Shown here one piece after another: positions 18,926-29,136 of a DNA stretch of 57,249 nt. The notes beneath the pieces were generated by a model that worked only from the letters and a program-made list of their open reading frames with translations, was not told the origin of the DNA and made no database searches. Each line of letters starts with the position of its first letter. Position 1 is the stretch's first letter. A program made the translations under genes and the position numbers. This DNA comes from a virus (lineage: Duplodnaviria; Caudoviricetes), in the IMG/VR virus record IMGVR_UViG_3300022876_000186, positions 1 through 57,249 of that record; one strand, 5' to 3'.

Positions 18926-19596
18926 ACGCTGTTGTTCCTGATAGCTTCGTCGACGATGCGCTGGAAGTTCGCGAGCGTGATCCGGACCATGCCGGCCGGT
19001 GCCTGCGTTGAATGTCCATACTCGAGCGGAATGGCGTACGGCAGGTTGTTCACGATGTACGCGGTCTGACCAATGGTCAGGGCCTCGACTTGGGTGATGA
19101 GGGCGGTAATGGCCTCGCTGCCCGACGGGTCTACTCGGTCGAGCTCCTCAGTCGCCGGCGAATCGATGGAGAACTGCCAGTTGCCGCGGAACCGTCCGCC
19201 GACGTAACCCTGACCTGCTACCAGGCCATTGGTGGCGAAGTTCTGCACACGCTCGGTCTTGGTCAGCGGCTTCGCGTACTTCACGCCCTTACGCAGCTTG
19301 CCGGCCTTGGTGAAGTTGTCCTGGGTCAGGTTGATCAGGGTGTTGCGCACCGCGACCTTAAAGTCGTAGTCGTCAGCAGCCTTGTTGGCCTTGGCCCGGT
19401 GTGCAACGTTTGCCGCCCACAGCTCCGGATTACCTACTGGCGACATGCGGACAACGCTGCTGCCGATCTCGATCACGATCTCGCGGAAGGTGGAGTCCAG
19501 TGCTTGCTCAGCCTGCTCGGCGAACGCCCGTATTGCCTCCGCGAATCCACCCTGCTGCCCGCCGTACCGCTGGGCCATGTGTGAGCCGCGCGCCAT
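18922..19596 (-). CDS. Neck protein (HK97 gp10-like)
   Basis: SPVG...GRFRGNW...NNLPYA..LEYGHS.QAPAGMVR. Confidence 0.8.
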   Translation of the reverse strand: MARGSHMAQRYGGQQGGFAEAIRAFAEQAEQALDSTFREIVIEIGSSVVRMSPVGNPELWAANVAHRAKANKAADDYDFKVAVRNTLINLTQDNFTKAGKLRKGVKYAKPLTKTERVQNFATNGLVAGQGYVGGRFRGNWQFSIDSPATEELDRVDPSGSEAITALITQVEALTIGQTAYIVNNLPYAIPLEYGHSTQAPAGMVRITLANFQRIVDEAIRNNSV

Positions 19597-19597
19597 G

Positions 19598-19990
19598 TCA
19601 CTTCCTCAGCTGAATGGTCCAGGTCGCCTGGGCCGGATCCTCGGAAACGTTGAGCGCGCGGTAGCCGCTCACCTGATCGCCGATCTTGGGCGCCGCCGGT
19701 ACATCGGTAACAGCGCCAGCCTGGCCCTCGAACAGTTCGTTCTGCAGCACCAGCAGCTTCACGTCCTCGGTTTGGATGCGTGTGCCGTCGATCTCCTTGG
19801 CCAAATAGCTGCCGAACACGCCGCGTCCGGTGTAATGGATAGTCGAGGCCGGGACGGTGCCGCCGATCTCGGGGTCGTATCCACCCTTCACCGTGCGGGA
19901 ACCAGCCACGGCTTTCACCGTGTCGGCCAGGCCATCTGGATCATCGAACGCTTCCGCCAGTTCGGCCTGAAGTTCTTCGCGCATGCCCAT
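19598..19990 (-). CDS. Head closure / head-tail joining protein
   Basis: GGYDP..G, DPAxATWTIQLR; synteny; AGGAG RBS. Confidence 0.7.
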   Translation of the reverse strand: MGMREELQAELAEAFDDPDGLADTVKAVAGSRTVKGGYDPEIGGTVPASTIHYTGRGVFGSYLAKEIDGTRIQTEDVKLLVLQNELFEGQAGAVTDVPAAPKIGDQVSGYRALNVSEDPAQATWTIQLRK

Positions 19991-20030
19991 GTGAAATACA
20001 CTCCTGCCTATTCCCTCGGAGAGAACGGAC

Positions 20031-20252
20031 ATGAAAAAAGCTGAATGCGAAGCTGCCATCCGCCAACTGGCCCATGAATGGGCAGCGACCCAGCCCCAGA
20101 CGCCCGAATGGCATCCAAGCTTTGGAGATTTCAAGACCTGGCTACGCAGCCGCGGGTTTGGCCATTACTTGGATTTCAGGAGCGAGATGCCGGCCAGCGA
20201 CGAGGCACAGCGATGGTTCAACGATGAGCTCAACCAGGGGTGGCGGGACTGA
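20031..20252 (+). CDS. Antisense moron, small Trp-rich protein
   Basis: 73-aa ORF with GGAGAG RBS filling the gap between two head-tail genes. Confidence 0.7.
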   Translation: MKKAECEAAIRQLAHEWAATQPQTPEWHPSFGDFKTWLRSRGFGHYLDFRSEMPASDEAQRWFNDELNQGWRD

Positions 20253-20258
20253 TCGCAA

Positions 20259-20636
20259 TCACACTCGCTTGAGCATCACGGTGCCAGAGCGGCGGATCCA
20301 TGGAGCGATGAGGTCGAGGGCGAAGTTTTCGCCAGCTGAGCGGTCGACGGAGCCCGCGACGAAGGTCTTGCTGGTTGAGGTGCCAGATTGGGCCGATACC
20401 GACTTGCTCTGCACCTCGCGCTGGGTGTCTTTGTAGAGCTTGCCGGCTGCGGCCAGCTTGGCCACCTGCGCACCGGCAGTCACGATGGCATCCGGCACCG
20501 GGTCTGGCACCGGGCGCTTGATCTTGGCCGTGAGCCAGGCATTTGCCATGGATACGGCAAGGACAGCATCACCGTCGCCTGCCCAGCCCTGCCCGAGCTT
20601 CTGGTCAACATCAGCAACAGTGATGAAGTCGGTCAT
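20259..20636 (-). CDS. Head-tail adaptor
   Basis: Synteny after capsid; typical size. Confidence 0.7.
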   Translation of the reverse strand: MTDFITVADVDQKLGQGWAGDGDAVLAVSMANAWLTAKIKRPVPDPVPDAIVTAGAQVAKLAAAGKLYKDTQREVQSKSVSAQSGTSTSKTFVAGSVDRSAGENFALDLIAPWIRRSGTVMLKRV

Positions 20637-20639
20637 GGC

Positions 20640-21080
20640 TTATTCCTTCGACGGGATCAGGGCCTGCAGCTCGGGCTTGTTGAGGGCTGGATCGAAGTTG
20701 ATGCCCTGGGCCGTCAGCCACTCCTTGAGCTCCGGCACTTTCATCTTGTGAGGGTCGGTTTCTGGATCGCCGTCGCCCTCATCCTCCAGCGCCTTCGTGA
20801 TCTCTGCCGCAGTGCTGGTGGCGGCATAGCCTGCAGGTGGGTAGGCCGATGCCTTGTAGCCCTGCTCCAGCCACTGAGCGATGGTCGGGCCATCCAGGCG
20901 CAGCCCCTCCTCGATCTCGCTCACGCTGATGCCTTGACGCTGGTAGGCCTCGCTGATGTGCGGAGCCTCGCCCTGCACGGATACCGAGGTAGCGCCGTCG
21001 ATCACGCCGAAGAATTGGTCCAGGCGGCGATAGCAGGTGCCGCGCTCGCTGCCCGGAGTGTTGGTGTAGATGACTTTCAT
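20640..21080 (-). CDS. Capsid-adjacent protein with C-terminal HeH/LEM-like domain
   Basis: KMKVPELKEWL..QGI.F....NKPELQALI. Confidence 0.7.
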   Translation of the reverse strand: MKVIYTNTPGSERGTCYRRLDQFFGVIDGATSVSVQGEAPHISEAYQRQGISVSEIEEGLRLDGPTIAQWLEQGYKASAYPPAGYAATSTAAEITKALEDEGDGDPETDPHKMKVPELKEWLTAQGINFDPALNKPELQALIPSKE

Positions 21081-21127
21081 GCTGATCTCCTGCGCAGGGC
21101 GCCAAGCCGGCGCCCCGCATCATGGGG

Positions 21128-22105
21128 TCAAGGGGTGGCAGTGCCGCTGATGACTGCGGCGAAAGGAACCTGCTTGCGGTCGAAGACGCGCTTCCAGTTG
21201 GCCGCCGAGGCATACTGGGCGGCGGTCGGGCTCAGGTTGCGGTTCTCGCTGCCCTGCCAGCTGAAGCCGGCCGGCTGCAGGATGTAAGTCTTACGCTCCC
21301 ACAGCACCTCGGCACCGCCGCCGTTGCCGCCATCGGCCTTGCGCTGCATCTCGACCGGCATGTGCGGGTCGCCCTCGCCGTAGCCGAAGGCGCCTTGGCC
21401 GAAGAACAGCGAGAGGAACTGGCCCGGCGCGTAGGTCAGGGCGTCATCCATGAAGACCGGCTTGCCCAGGTAGGTGGCCAGGATGATCTTGCCCTGCGAA
21501 TCGCGCAGATACTCGATCATGTCCTGCTTGACCATCTGGTTCATGACCACCGAGTGCACGCCAATGGCGCCGAACATGTCGGCAGCGTCGCCAGCGGTGA
21601 AGGCGGCGTCCTGGAAGGCGTTGGCACTGATCGAAGGGCCCGCATCTTTGACCATGTCGCCGCCGTTCTGGGCGATGTTCGCCGCGATGATGCCGCGACC
21701 CGCGCCCATCAGGTAACGCTGCCACTGGCGGGTCCAGTAGGTGCCGAACCGGTTGCGGATGTGCTGCATCGGCTCGGAGTTGGCCAGCTCAGCAGTCAGG
21801 TCGGAGACGCCGTAGCCTTTGTTGAGGTACAGGGTCCGGGCGCGCATGCTGCCCTGCTCGGCCTTGCCGACGGCGCCCAGATCGTCAGGGTCATCGTTGG
21901 AGATGTTCGGCGCCTCGTCGGCGTCGAGATCCTGCCAGTAGCTGATTTCGGAAGTGCCCTGGCCGTTCTTGGCGATGTTGTCCAGGGTGGCCGAGCGGGT
22001 GATGATGCCCGACTCGTAGACGGCGGTCTTTTCCGGAGAGTTCACCGGCTCCAGAGTGCCGTAGTAGTCGGCAACGAAGATGTCCGACAGTTGGGTAGAT
22101 GCCAT
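21128..22105 (-). CDS. Major capsid protein
   Basis: 325 aa after scaffold; SPEKTAVYESGII, NWKRVFDRKQVP. Confidence 0.88.
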   Translation of the reverse strand: MASTQLSDIFVADYYGTLEPVNSPEKTAVYESGIITRSATLDNIAKNGQGTSEISYWQDLDADEAPNISNDDPDDLGAVGKAEQGSMRARTLYLNKGYGVSDLTAELANSEPMQHIRNRFGTYWTRQWQRYLMGAGRGIIAANIAQNGGDMVKDAGPSISANAFQDAAFTAGDAADMFGAIGVHSVVMNQMVKQDMIEYLRDSQGKIILATYLGKPVFMDDALTYAPGQFLSLFFGQGAFGYGEGDPHMPVEMQRKADGGNGGGAEVLWERKTYILQPAGFSWQGSENRNLSPTAAQYASAANWKRVFDRKQVPFAAVISGTATP

Positions 22106-22108
22106 GGG

Positions 22109-22882
22109 TTAGGTTCCTCGGGTGGCTTGGAGTTTTTTGAATGCGTCGGGGTTGTCACGAGCCATCGCGGCACGCTCTGTCTCGGTGTACTCGCCCCATT
22201 TCTTCGTGGCCTTGCCACCGTTGTCGCCGGTCTGCCCGGCACCCTGAGCCCTTGGCCAGAGGTGGGTAGCGGTTTCGCGCAGCGATTCCGCCCATTCGAG
22301 AGGAGACAGCGGAGTCTTGCCGTCCTTCCCGTACACGACTTCGCCGGCACGGTCAGTGGCAATTGGCTCGCCGTCTTCGCCCAATTTGAAGGTGCCTCGG
22401 GCACGCAGGATGATGTCCTCGGTAGCCTCTGGCAGCGCTCCGGCCTTGATGGCGGCAGCGCGGATGGAATCGGCCAGCACCTTGTCGCTGTACTTGGCGG
22501 CGAAGGCTTCGGCCTTGTCCGCACGCTCGTTGGCGGCCTTGACCTGCTTGTCCAGGTCGGTGCGCAGGCGCTCGGTGCGGCGGCTGATGACCTCGTCCAG
22601 CTTACCCTCGGCGATCAGCTTGGTTTCTTCGTCCTGGCCGGCCTTGACCAGCAGCCCCTTGACCGCCTCGATATCCAGGCCTTCGAACTTGCCCTTGAGG
22701 CCGTCCAACTCAGTCTTGATGGTCTTGTTGGAGTCGATCAACTCCCGGTTCTTGGATTTGAGGCCCGAAACCTCGCCGTCCAGGAATTTCTGCACCTCAC
22801 CGCCCAGCGCTGCCTTCAGCGCGGTGGTTTGGGTTTCGTCGAGGGTGAGGCCGTGGGCGGCCGGGTCGAAGTCAAAAGGCAT
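22109..22882 (-). CDS. Capsid scaffolding protein
   Basis: Coiled coil, GLKSKNRELI, HLWPRAQGAG; synteny. Confidence 0.8.
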   Translation of the reverse strand: MPFDFDPAAHGLTLDETQTTALKAALGGEVQKFLDGEVSGLKSKNRELIDSNKTIKTELDGLKGKFEGLDIEAVKGLLVKAGQDEETKLIAEGKLDEVISRRTERLRTDLDKQVKAANERADKAEAFAAKYSDKVLADSIRAAAIKAGALPEATEDIILRARGTFKLGEDGEPIATDRAGEVVYGKDGKTPLSPLEWAESLRETATHLWPRAQGAGQTGDNGGKATKKWGEYTETERAAMARDNPDAFKKLQATRGT

Positions 22883-23020
22883 GTGGCTATCCCCTGGGGA
22901 TTGGATGGGCCCGCCTGGCGGGCACTGGAAATCCTCAATATCACTGAGGAGGTATTTTTACTTGAAATACTGTACTGATACTGTATTATCGCTATACTAA
23001 TACACAACAAGGAAATCGAA

Positions 23021-23353
23021 ATGTCTCTTCCGCATCCCACTAGCCCCAAGTTCCCTGCAGCATTGAAAGCAGCTCGCGAAGCTAAGGGGCTCTCTTACAC
23101 CGAGGTGGCCAAGGCCATCGGCATCAACCCAGCGATGCCTTCCCGATACGAGAACGCCGAGCATTCGTGCTTTTGTGCACCTCGTGAGTCCACCTGGGAG
23201 AAACTCGACGCACTTCTCTTTGGTAGCGGAGTGGGCTTGCAGAAACGCAAAAATGCGCAGATTGGAGACGTCTCGCTTGCTGAAGCCACCGTTGAGCAGA
23301 TCATCCAAGAACTCAAGGCTCGCGGCGCCAGCTCGGTAACGATCAACTACTGA
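23021..23353 (+). CDS. XRE-family HTH protein (antisense moron)
   Basis: LKAAREAKGLSYTEVAKAIGINPAMPSRYEN; AT-rich upstream region, AAGGA RBS. Confidence 0.85.
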   Translation: MSLPHPTSPKFPAALKAAREAKGLSYTEVAKAIGINPAMPSRYENAEHSCFCAPRESTWEKLDALLFGSGVGLQKRKNAQIGDVSLAEATVEQIIQELKARGASSVTINY

Positions 23354-23383
23354 TGCGAGAGAAGACGGGCAGGACGCCTATTG

Positions 23384-24478
23384 CTACATCCCTGCCCGTT
23401 CAAACGCCAACGGCTCCAGCTCCTTAAGCTGGTCCAGCGTCAGCGGCTTGAAGTTCTTGTCCAACTGGAGCGCGGCGAAACGCTCGGCAGTCAGTCCGCC
23501 ATCGCGAAACAGCTTGCCGCGCACCGGCCCCAGCGCGGCGTCTTGGAAAGCCGCTGGCTGAGTTTTGAGCCACTGGTAGTAGCTGAGGCTGGCTGAGACC
23601 TGTCCGCCGCCATCCGCGCCCACGGCTGCCCTTGTGGCCCCTTGACCGAACAGCGCCGACAACCTGGTGATCGGCGTGATGGTGGTTCGGCAGTGGATGT
23701 GGAACGGGGGCACTGGCCCCTTGCCCATCTCGTATTCGCGGCCGTCCAGGCTCCTGCACTGCACGCTGGTTTTTCGGTCCAGGGTGGCGACGATCCGATA
23801 GCCCGGCACCACCTCGGCATTAGCCTTGAGCGTTTCCATACGCGCCGTTGTGGCTACATGCTGGACTGCGGTCTGGACGACTGCCCGGGCGGTTCGGTTC
23901 GTGACCGCCAGCACGCCGTCTGTGAAATTCTGCGCGGCGGTGCCGCGTATGGCCTGGGTTATTTCGGCGTTGGTCTGGCCCTGCACGACGCCCATCCGGA
24001 TAGCGTTGGTTACCCGGTCCGACTCGGTGCGGGTCCAGCCGCTCAGGAAGGGGTTCAGCAGCTTTCCGCCGTCTACGCCAGCCACCTGCAGGGGCTGCGT
24101 GTTGATCGCCGCCCTGAGCAGCGAGTCTGCCGGCATAACCGCATCGATCAGCAGCGCCTTGGCCAGACTGCGGCCCTCGAACGCTGCCTCGTACTGCGCG
24201 ATGTCCACCAGATCGGACTGCATCCGGTCGCTGAAGGCCTTGTAGATATCGAGCAACTTGCCCCCTACCCGCCCCAGGAACTCTTCCAGCCGGCTCCGGC
24301 CGTAGGTGGTCAGCTCCCTCCGGGTGAGCTGGTCGCGGACATGGCTGTCAGCCCGGCGCAGGTATGTTTCGAACTTCTTGACCTCGCCGGCTTTGAGCCG
24401 CTCAAGCAGTACCGAGTGGCGGCTTATCTGCTCCAGCAGCTTCTCGTCCGCTGCCTGCTCCGGTTTCTTCGCCATCAT
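23384..24478 (-). CDS. Minor head / head morphogenesis protein (SPP1 gp7/Mu F-like)
   Basis: ATLDRKTS..CRSLDG...PPFHIHCRT motif. Confidence 0.88.
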   Translation of the reverse strand: MMAKKPEQAADEKLLEQISRHSVLLERLKAGEVKKFETYLRRADSHVRDQLTRRELTTYGRSRLEEFLGRVGGKLLDIYKAFSDRMQSDLVDIAQYEAAFEGRSLAKALLIDAVMPADSLLRAAINTQPLQVAGVDGGKLLNPFLSGWTRTESDRVTNAIRMGVVQGQTNAEITQAIRGTAAQNFTDGVLAVTNRTARAVVQTAVQHVATTARMETLKANAEVVPGYRIVATLDRKTSVQCRSLDGREYEMGKGPVPPFHIHCRTTITPITRLSALFGQGATRAAVGADGGGQVSASLSYYQWLKTQPAAFQDAALGPVRGKLFRDGGLTAERFAALQLDKNFKPLTLDQLKELEPLAFERAGM

Positions 24479-25853
24479 CTTTGTCCAAGTTGACGCCGCC
24501 TGCGCCGTGGTCGTCGCCGATCAGTTGGGCCTCTTCGTCGTACGGATGCTCAGGCAGCTTGCCGGTGGTGAGGTACTGCCAGTAGGTCTCGGCGCTGATG
24601 GTGCCGGCCATGACGCTCTTCTGCAGCTCGGCCAGCACCTGGGCATCGACATCAGGGATCACGAACTCAGGCTTGACCGTGAAGACCACCTCGTCAGCGT
24701 TGAAGCCGGTCCACTCTGCGGCGTACCGCAGGGCCTGCTCGATGGCCTCTGCGGCGGTAATTACGATGCTGTGCAGCGTGGCGTGCTGGTCGTTCTGGCG
24801 GGTTTTGCGGGCCTCGCCCGATTCGGTACCCGAGACGTCCATGACCTTGGCGCCAGCTTCAAGGGCGGCGTTCTTCTGATCTTCCATGGCGGTGCGAACA
24901 GCCTGGATACCGGCGCCCTGGAACTCCAGGTAGCCACACGCCCCATTGGGGCCAAGGTCCCAAGCTGCCGATGGCCCAGTGACGCTGAGCTCAACGCTCT
25001 CATCCAAGCCGGACACCCACGGCTGCGGGTGACTGGTCTGATGCAGTGCGGTGAAGTAGTCAGCGCTGAGCTGGTAGGACTTCAGGGCTGCCCGGGCCAT
25101 GGTCAGTAGCGGGATCTCGTCCACGTCCGGCGAGTTGTCGGTAGAGCCGCAGTAGATGACCGGGATGTAGCCCAGGCCGCGCACTAGGTTGTTGCTGCCG
25201 TCGACGGCGCCCAGCGGACGGTCGTCCTCGATCAGCTCGCCGGCCTCATTGCGTACACCTGTGCGGCAGACCGCACCGTCCATGTAGAACTCACGGTACA
25301 CCGTCTCGCACTCGTGACTGTAGCGGTCCTGCTCCTTGCGCCTGAATTCACGGAAAACCGACAGCACCAAGTCCTGCCGACCGCCTTGGTCGGCAGTGTC
25401 CCAGTTGATGGCGTTGCGCACCGCGTAGGTCGCGAAGTACGGCTGGCCCGCGTCATCGATGTTGACCACCAGCGGCACGCGACCATGGGAGATGGCCTGG
25501 CGCACGATCCGCAGGAACAGCTGGGTCAGACCGAAGCCATCGGCCGTGGCGTTGTCCTCCAGCCCCTTCAACCCCGTGGGTAGCTTCACCTCGGGTATTA
25601 GCCGTGATACCAGGCCCATCATCGAGCGCAGCGAATCCCGTACCCAGTGCTCGTACTGAGCCCGGGCGGTGTAGTTGAGGTACAGATAGGCATTGCCGGC
25701 GCCGTCAAGCTTCTCGGCCTCGGTCATGCCGCTCGGCTTGGGCAGGTTGCGCGGACTGCGCTTGATGGCGCCCTCGCCTTCCAGGGCGTCGTCCATCATC
25801 CGCCACTCTTCGATGTGAGCGTCGTAGTCTGGGTTGGTGGATTGAACAGGCAT
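24402..25853 (-). CDS. Portal protein (DUF4055-like)
   Basis: Follows the large terminase; start ATG 25853. Confidence 0.85.
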   Translation of the reverse strand: MPVQSTNPDYDAHIEEWRMMDDALEGEGAIKRSPRNLPKPSGMTEAEKLDGAGNAYLYLNYTARAQYEHWVRDSLRSMMGLVSRLIPEVKLPTGLKGLEDNATADGFGLTQLFLRIVRQAISHGRVPLVVNIDDAGQPYFATYAVRNAINWDTADQGGRQDLVLSVFREFRRKEQDRYSHECETVYREFYMDGAVCRTGVRNEAGELIEDDRPLGAVDGSNNLVRGLGYIPVIYCGSTDNSPDVDEIPLLTMARAALKSYQLSADYFTALHQTSHPQPWVSGLDESVELSVTGPSAAWDLGPNGACGYLEFQGAGIQAVRTAMEDQKNAALEAGAKVMDVSGTESGEARKTRQNDQHATLHSIVITAAEAIEQALRYAAEWTGFNADEVVFTVKPEFVIPDVDAQVLAELQKSVMAGTISAETYWQYLTTGKLPEHPYDEEAQLIGDDHGAGGVNLDKDDGEETGAGSGREAAGADKPPLGTA

Positions 25854-27181
25854 TACGCCAAACCTCCGATGCGGCGAGTGCCGGCGGACTGAGTCTTGAT
25901 CGGGAACCGCTTGGCGATGAAGTAGCCGGCGGCGTCGTTCATGTGGTCGTGCCCCTTCTTGGGGTCCTTGTCCGGCTCGCCCTTGTCGGTGTACGTCTGC
26001 CGCTCCAGGCACTGGGTGAGCTGCGGGCACTGGTCAATGTTGACCTTCATGCGCCGCTCTCCGTAGGTGTTGAGGAACATGGCGTTGACCGCGTTGATGC
26101 GGTCCTTCACGCCGGGGTTCTGCGAGTCAACCACGACGGTGAAGCCGGCCTTCTTGAGCAGCGACAGATCCGACTCGCTGGCGTTCTTGCTGCTGGTGTT
26201 CTGGCCGCTGGCGTCCGGGTACACGGAAACGCTGTGACCAGAGAATCGAACCTTGATCTTCTCGATCATCTCCGGCGTGTCGCGCACTGAATGGAACTCA
26301 TCCAGCGCCATCGGCAAGCCGTCACGGACCACATACACGACGGCGGCCATCTTCATGACGTTGAAGTCCATGCCGATGTGTATGGCCTCGCCTGGCTTGA
26401 TCCGCTCGCTCGTGCGGCACTCCGCGCGGTCGAAGGTGTAGTAGACGACCCCGGCATAGTTCTCGAACCCGGCCTCGTATTCCTGGCGGAACGTGCGGGG
26501 GTCCATCTTGCGCCGGGCGGCGTCCAGCTCATCAGCCGGGACGTTGCCACCCTGCAATGAGGTGTATTGCCAGCTCTTATGGTCGGGCTCCCCGCCCGGC
26601 TGCCCGTCGCGGTAGGTGTCGTAGCAGTGGTTGAAGCCCTTCGGGGTGCCGATCCGCAGCGCATGCCCGCCTTTGCGCGACTCACCGGTCTGCGGAATCG
26701 TGTACTTGCAGGTCGAAAGCATCGGCCGCAGCACTTCCTCCCAGGCCGCCCACGGGCAGTCTGCCCACTCATCCACAAGGACGAAAAACAGGCCAGAGCC
26801 CCGCAGGTTGTCGTAGTTGTCCAGACCGACCACACGCATGATGTGACCGGACTTGAGGGTGATCGAGCACTCGGTCTCGTTCGGCCGGGCTGCGCGCCAT
26901 GCCTCAGGGATTGCCTGCTTCAATCGGCGCCAGAAAACCCGCTTAGCCTGCTTGAACGTCGGCGCGCCATACCAGATCTCATCCTCGACACTCACGCCCC
27001 ACTCCGCAGCCAGCCTGGCCGCGCGGCGCATCTCAGCCTTGCCGAGGAAGGTCTTGCCGAACCGACGCCCGCATACCGCATCACGGAAGCGCGCCTGCGG
27101 CTGGAAGCCCCACACGTAGATGTTCGCCTGCTTCGGCGTCAGCTTCACCGGCGGGTCATAGGTACGGGGTAGTCGGGACAC
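25853..27181 (-). CDS. terL: Terminase large subunit
   Basis: Walker A GRRFGKT, Walker B VLVDE, GMDFN and DHMNDA nuclease motifs; GTG start. Confidence 0.95.
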   Translation of the reverse strand: MSRLPRTYDPPVKLTPKQANIYVWGFQPQARFRDAVCGRRFGKTFLGKAEMRRAARLAAEWGVSVEDEIWYGAPTFKQAKRVFWRRLKQAIPEAWRAARPNETECSITLKSGHIMRVVGLDNYDNLRGSGLFFVLVDEWADCPWAAWEEVLRPMLSTCKYTIPQTGESRKGGHALRIGTPKGFNHCYDTYRDGQPGGEPDHKSWQYTSLQGGNVPADELDAARRKMDPRTFRQEYEAGFENYAGVVYYTFDRAECRTSERIKPGEAIHIGMDFNVMKMAAVVYVVRDGLPMALDEFHSVRDTPEMIEKIKVRFSGHSVSVYPDASGQNTSSKNASESDLSLLKKAGFTVVVDSQNPGVKDRINAVNAMFLNTYGERRMKVNIDQCPQLTQCLERQTYTDKGEPDKDPKKGHDHMNDAAGYFIAKRFPIKTQSAGTRRIGGLA

Positions 27182-27632
27182 CTTCGTCTGGCTCCAGCTT
27201 GTACTCAGCAACGGCGTGCGGCTGATCTGCCTGGGAGCCCAGGGGTCTGTCGGGTTCGATCTTGCGGTTGACATACATGTCCCCGCATTCCTTGGCTGCC
27301 TGCTCATACAGCTGGGCAGTCAGCGCTAGGTTGCGCATGTTCTCGGCCTTCTCGGCCATTCGCCCTAGGCCGCGAAGCCGGAACGCTCTATTTGCGATGG
27401 GAATCTCGGCTGTTTCCTCGCGGAACCGCTTGCGTGTGTCCTCGAACAAGGCCACCCAGCGCCTGGCTAGACCCTTGCCGGAGTACTTCGTGGGATCGTG
27501 CGTCTCCACCTGCTGGCGGGACACTGCGATGCTGAATTCTTTCTGGACCGCCTCTACCACCTGTGAAGGCGTGTCGAAGCACGCCAAGGCCTGAACGATA
27601 AAGGCCTTCACGTCGTTGCTGAGGGCTGCCAT
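27156..27632 (-). CDS. terS: Terminase small subunit (DUF2280-like)
   Basis: IVQALACFDTPSQV HTH; overlaps the terL start. Confidence 0.85.
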   Translation of the reverse strand: MAALSNDVKAFIVQALACFDTPSQVVEAVQKEFSIAVSRQQVETHDPTKYSGKGLARRWVALFEDTRKRFREETAEIPIANRAFRLRGLGRMAEKAENMRNLALTAQLYEQAAKECGDMYVNRKIEPDRPLGSQADQPHAVAEYKLEPDEGVPTTPYL

Positions 27633-27663
27633 AGGCTTTCATCCGTCCAGAGCCTGTCCAGAA

Positions 27664-28278
27664 TCACGCCGACTTGAGCAGACAGGTTCCGCAGGCCCTC
27701 GAAATGTTGATCTTGGCCACCTCTGGCGGCCGACTTGCAGCGTCGATCAGCTGCTGAACGTCTTCCCCTGCTCCATAGCGGCGGACTACACCGACGAACT
27801 CTTCAACGTCGTGTCCGCGCATCTGTAGCTTCGGGAGACCTTCTTGAGTGAACTTGGGGGCGCCGTACTGATCGGTCGCCTGGGCGATGTGGTAAAGCTC
27901 GTGCTCGACCAGGGCGCAGAACTCGGCGTCGGAGCATTGGGCGCAGTAGTCAGCGGCAAGGGTGATCAGGAACTCAGGCTCTTCGCCGAACCAGTCACGC
28001 ATCTGCTGCTCTTGGCGAGCTTTCTGCCAGCCGCCAGCGCGGAACATGACTTGCTCGGCCTGGCCCAGAACCACCCGCCCCTGCTTGGCAAATCCGGAAG
28101 ATGCCCAGAGCACACCGATGTTGGCGTCGATCAGATGGCCGTGGTCTTCGTTATGGATGCTGCCGGTGGCGGCGAGAATCTCGGCTTGAAGCCATTCCCA
28201 TACTTCAAAGGCTGGAGCCAAGCGGATACCAAGGCCGGGCAGTTCAAGCAGTGACGATGGAGGATACGGCCTATCCAT
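27664..28278 (-). CDS. Putative phage metallopeptidase
   Basis: HELYH zinc motif followed by HDVEEF. Confidence 0.8.
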   Translation of the reverse strand: MDRPYPPSSLLELPGLGIRLAPAFEVWEWLQAEILAATGSIHNEDHGHLIDANIGVLWASSGFAKQGRVVLGQAEQVMFRAGGWQKARQEQQMRDWFGEEPEFLITLAADYCAQCSDAEFCALVEHELYHIAQATDQYGAPKFTQEGLPKLQMRGHDVEEFVGVVRRYGAGEDVQQLIDAASRPPEVAKINISRACGTCLLKSA

Positions 28279-28453
28279 AGATCACCTTGTGTTTGAAAGA
28301 TACTGCGGTGCCGGTACGGCAGGAGTCTACTCAGTGCTGGAGGGAGTACTAAGACGAAAGGCGATTGGCTCAACGCAAGCGATGCATGATGACTGCTCCG
28401 TCCGGCCTGACATGCGGCACTCCATACCAAGCGCTCACGAGAGGCCGACCCGA

Positions 28454-28687
28454 TTAGCTCTTATCATCATGCACAGTGACTCTCACTCCCGTAGCCACGA
28501 TCTCGTACTCAGTTTCGGAAACCTTGTTCACCGCACCACCCATTTGCATTTCGAAATGCTTCAAGCCTTCATGTCGGACCATTCCGCTCGAAGAGCGCTC
28601 AACGGTCTCGTCTTGGTAGATGTAGATGACGTACTCGACATTATCCGTGCCAAGCCCAACAACTCTTCCAACAAATTTATCTGCCAT
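28454..28687 (-). CDS. Hypothetical protein
   Basis: AGGAG RBS before MADKFVGRVVG... Confidence 0.6.
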   Translation of the reverse strand: MADKFVGRVVGLGTDNVEYVIYIYQDETVERSSSGMVRHEGLKHFEMQMGGAVNKVSETEYEIVATGVRVTVHDDKS

Positions 28688-28891
28688 GTCCGGACTCCTT
28701 GCGTGAAGCCTCAAGGTAGCCGGTGCCAACAGATCAATCCACTGAGTTGGAGCGTTAATCATGAATATGATGCTGGTCTAAGCGTTAGCACGTTCATGTA
28801 GCAAGGGGCGCCCCGACCCGGAAGGCTCGTTCGATTGCCTCCCAGTCGGGTTGCTTCATGTCGTTCTCTCTGTTGGCTTGTAACGTCGGCT

Positions 28892-29089
28892 CTATGCTTT
28901 AGCTTTAGCTTTCGCCTTCGTCAACGTTGACAGCTTGAAAGTCCTAGAGCGCACACTGGCTCCAGCTCCCCACTCACACTGGGCTCGCGGCGCTGGGTCA
29001 GTTCGGTAGGCTTGCACGATCTCTACGATCCGCATTGGACAATCAACGCCTGCACCTTCAACCCAATCACCAACCTTAAATTCCATCAC
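28892..29089 (-). CDS. Small SH3-like protein (YodC/DUF2158-like)
   Basis: FKVGDWV....PMRI....QCEW.....F..STL pattern. Confidence 0.55.
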   Translation of the reverse strand: MMEFKVGDWVEGAGVDCPMRIVEIVQAYRTDPAPRAQCEWGAGASVRSRTFKLSTLTKAKAKAKA

Positions 29090-29136
29090 ATCAAGCCCTC
29101 CGTTATATGGGTGGGTTGTAGGTGGCGGCGACCGGA

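Noticed and set aside
21122-22978. 618-aa plus-strand ORF
   Set aside because: Antisense shadow of capsid and scaffold genes, typical of high-GC codon bias; no motifs.
22968-22990. TACTGTACTGATACTGTA as a LexA box
   Set aside because: Lacks the CAG half-site at the correct spacing.
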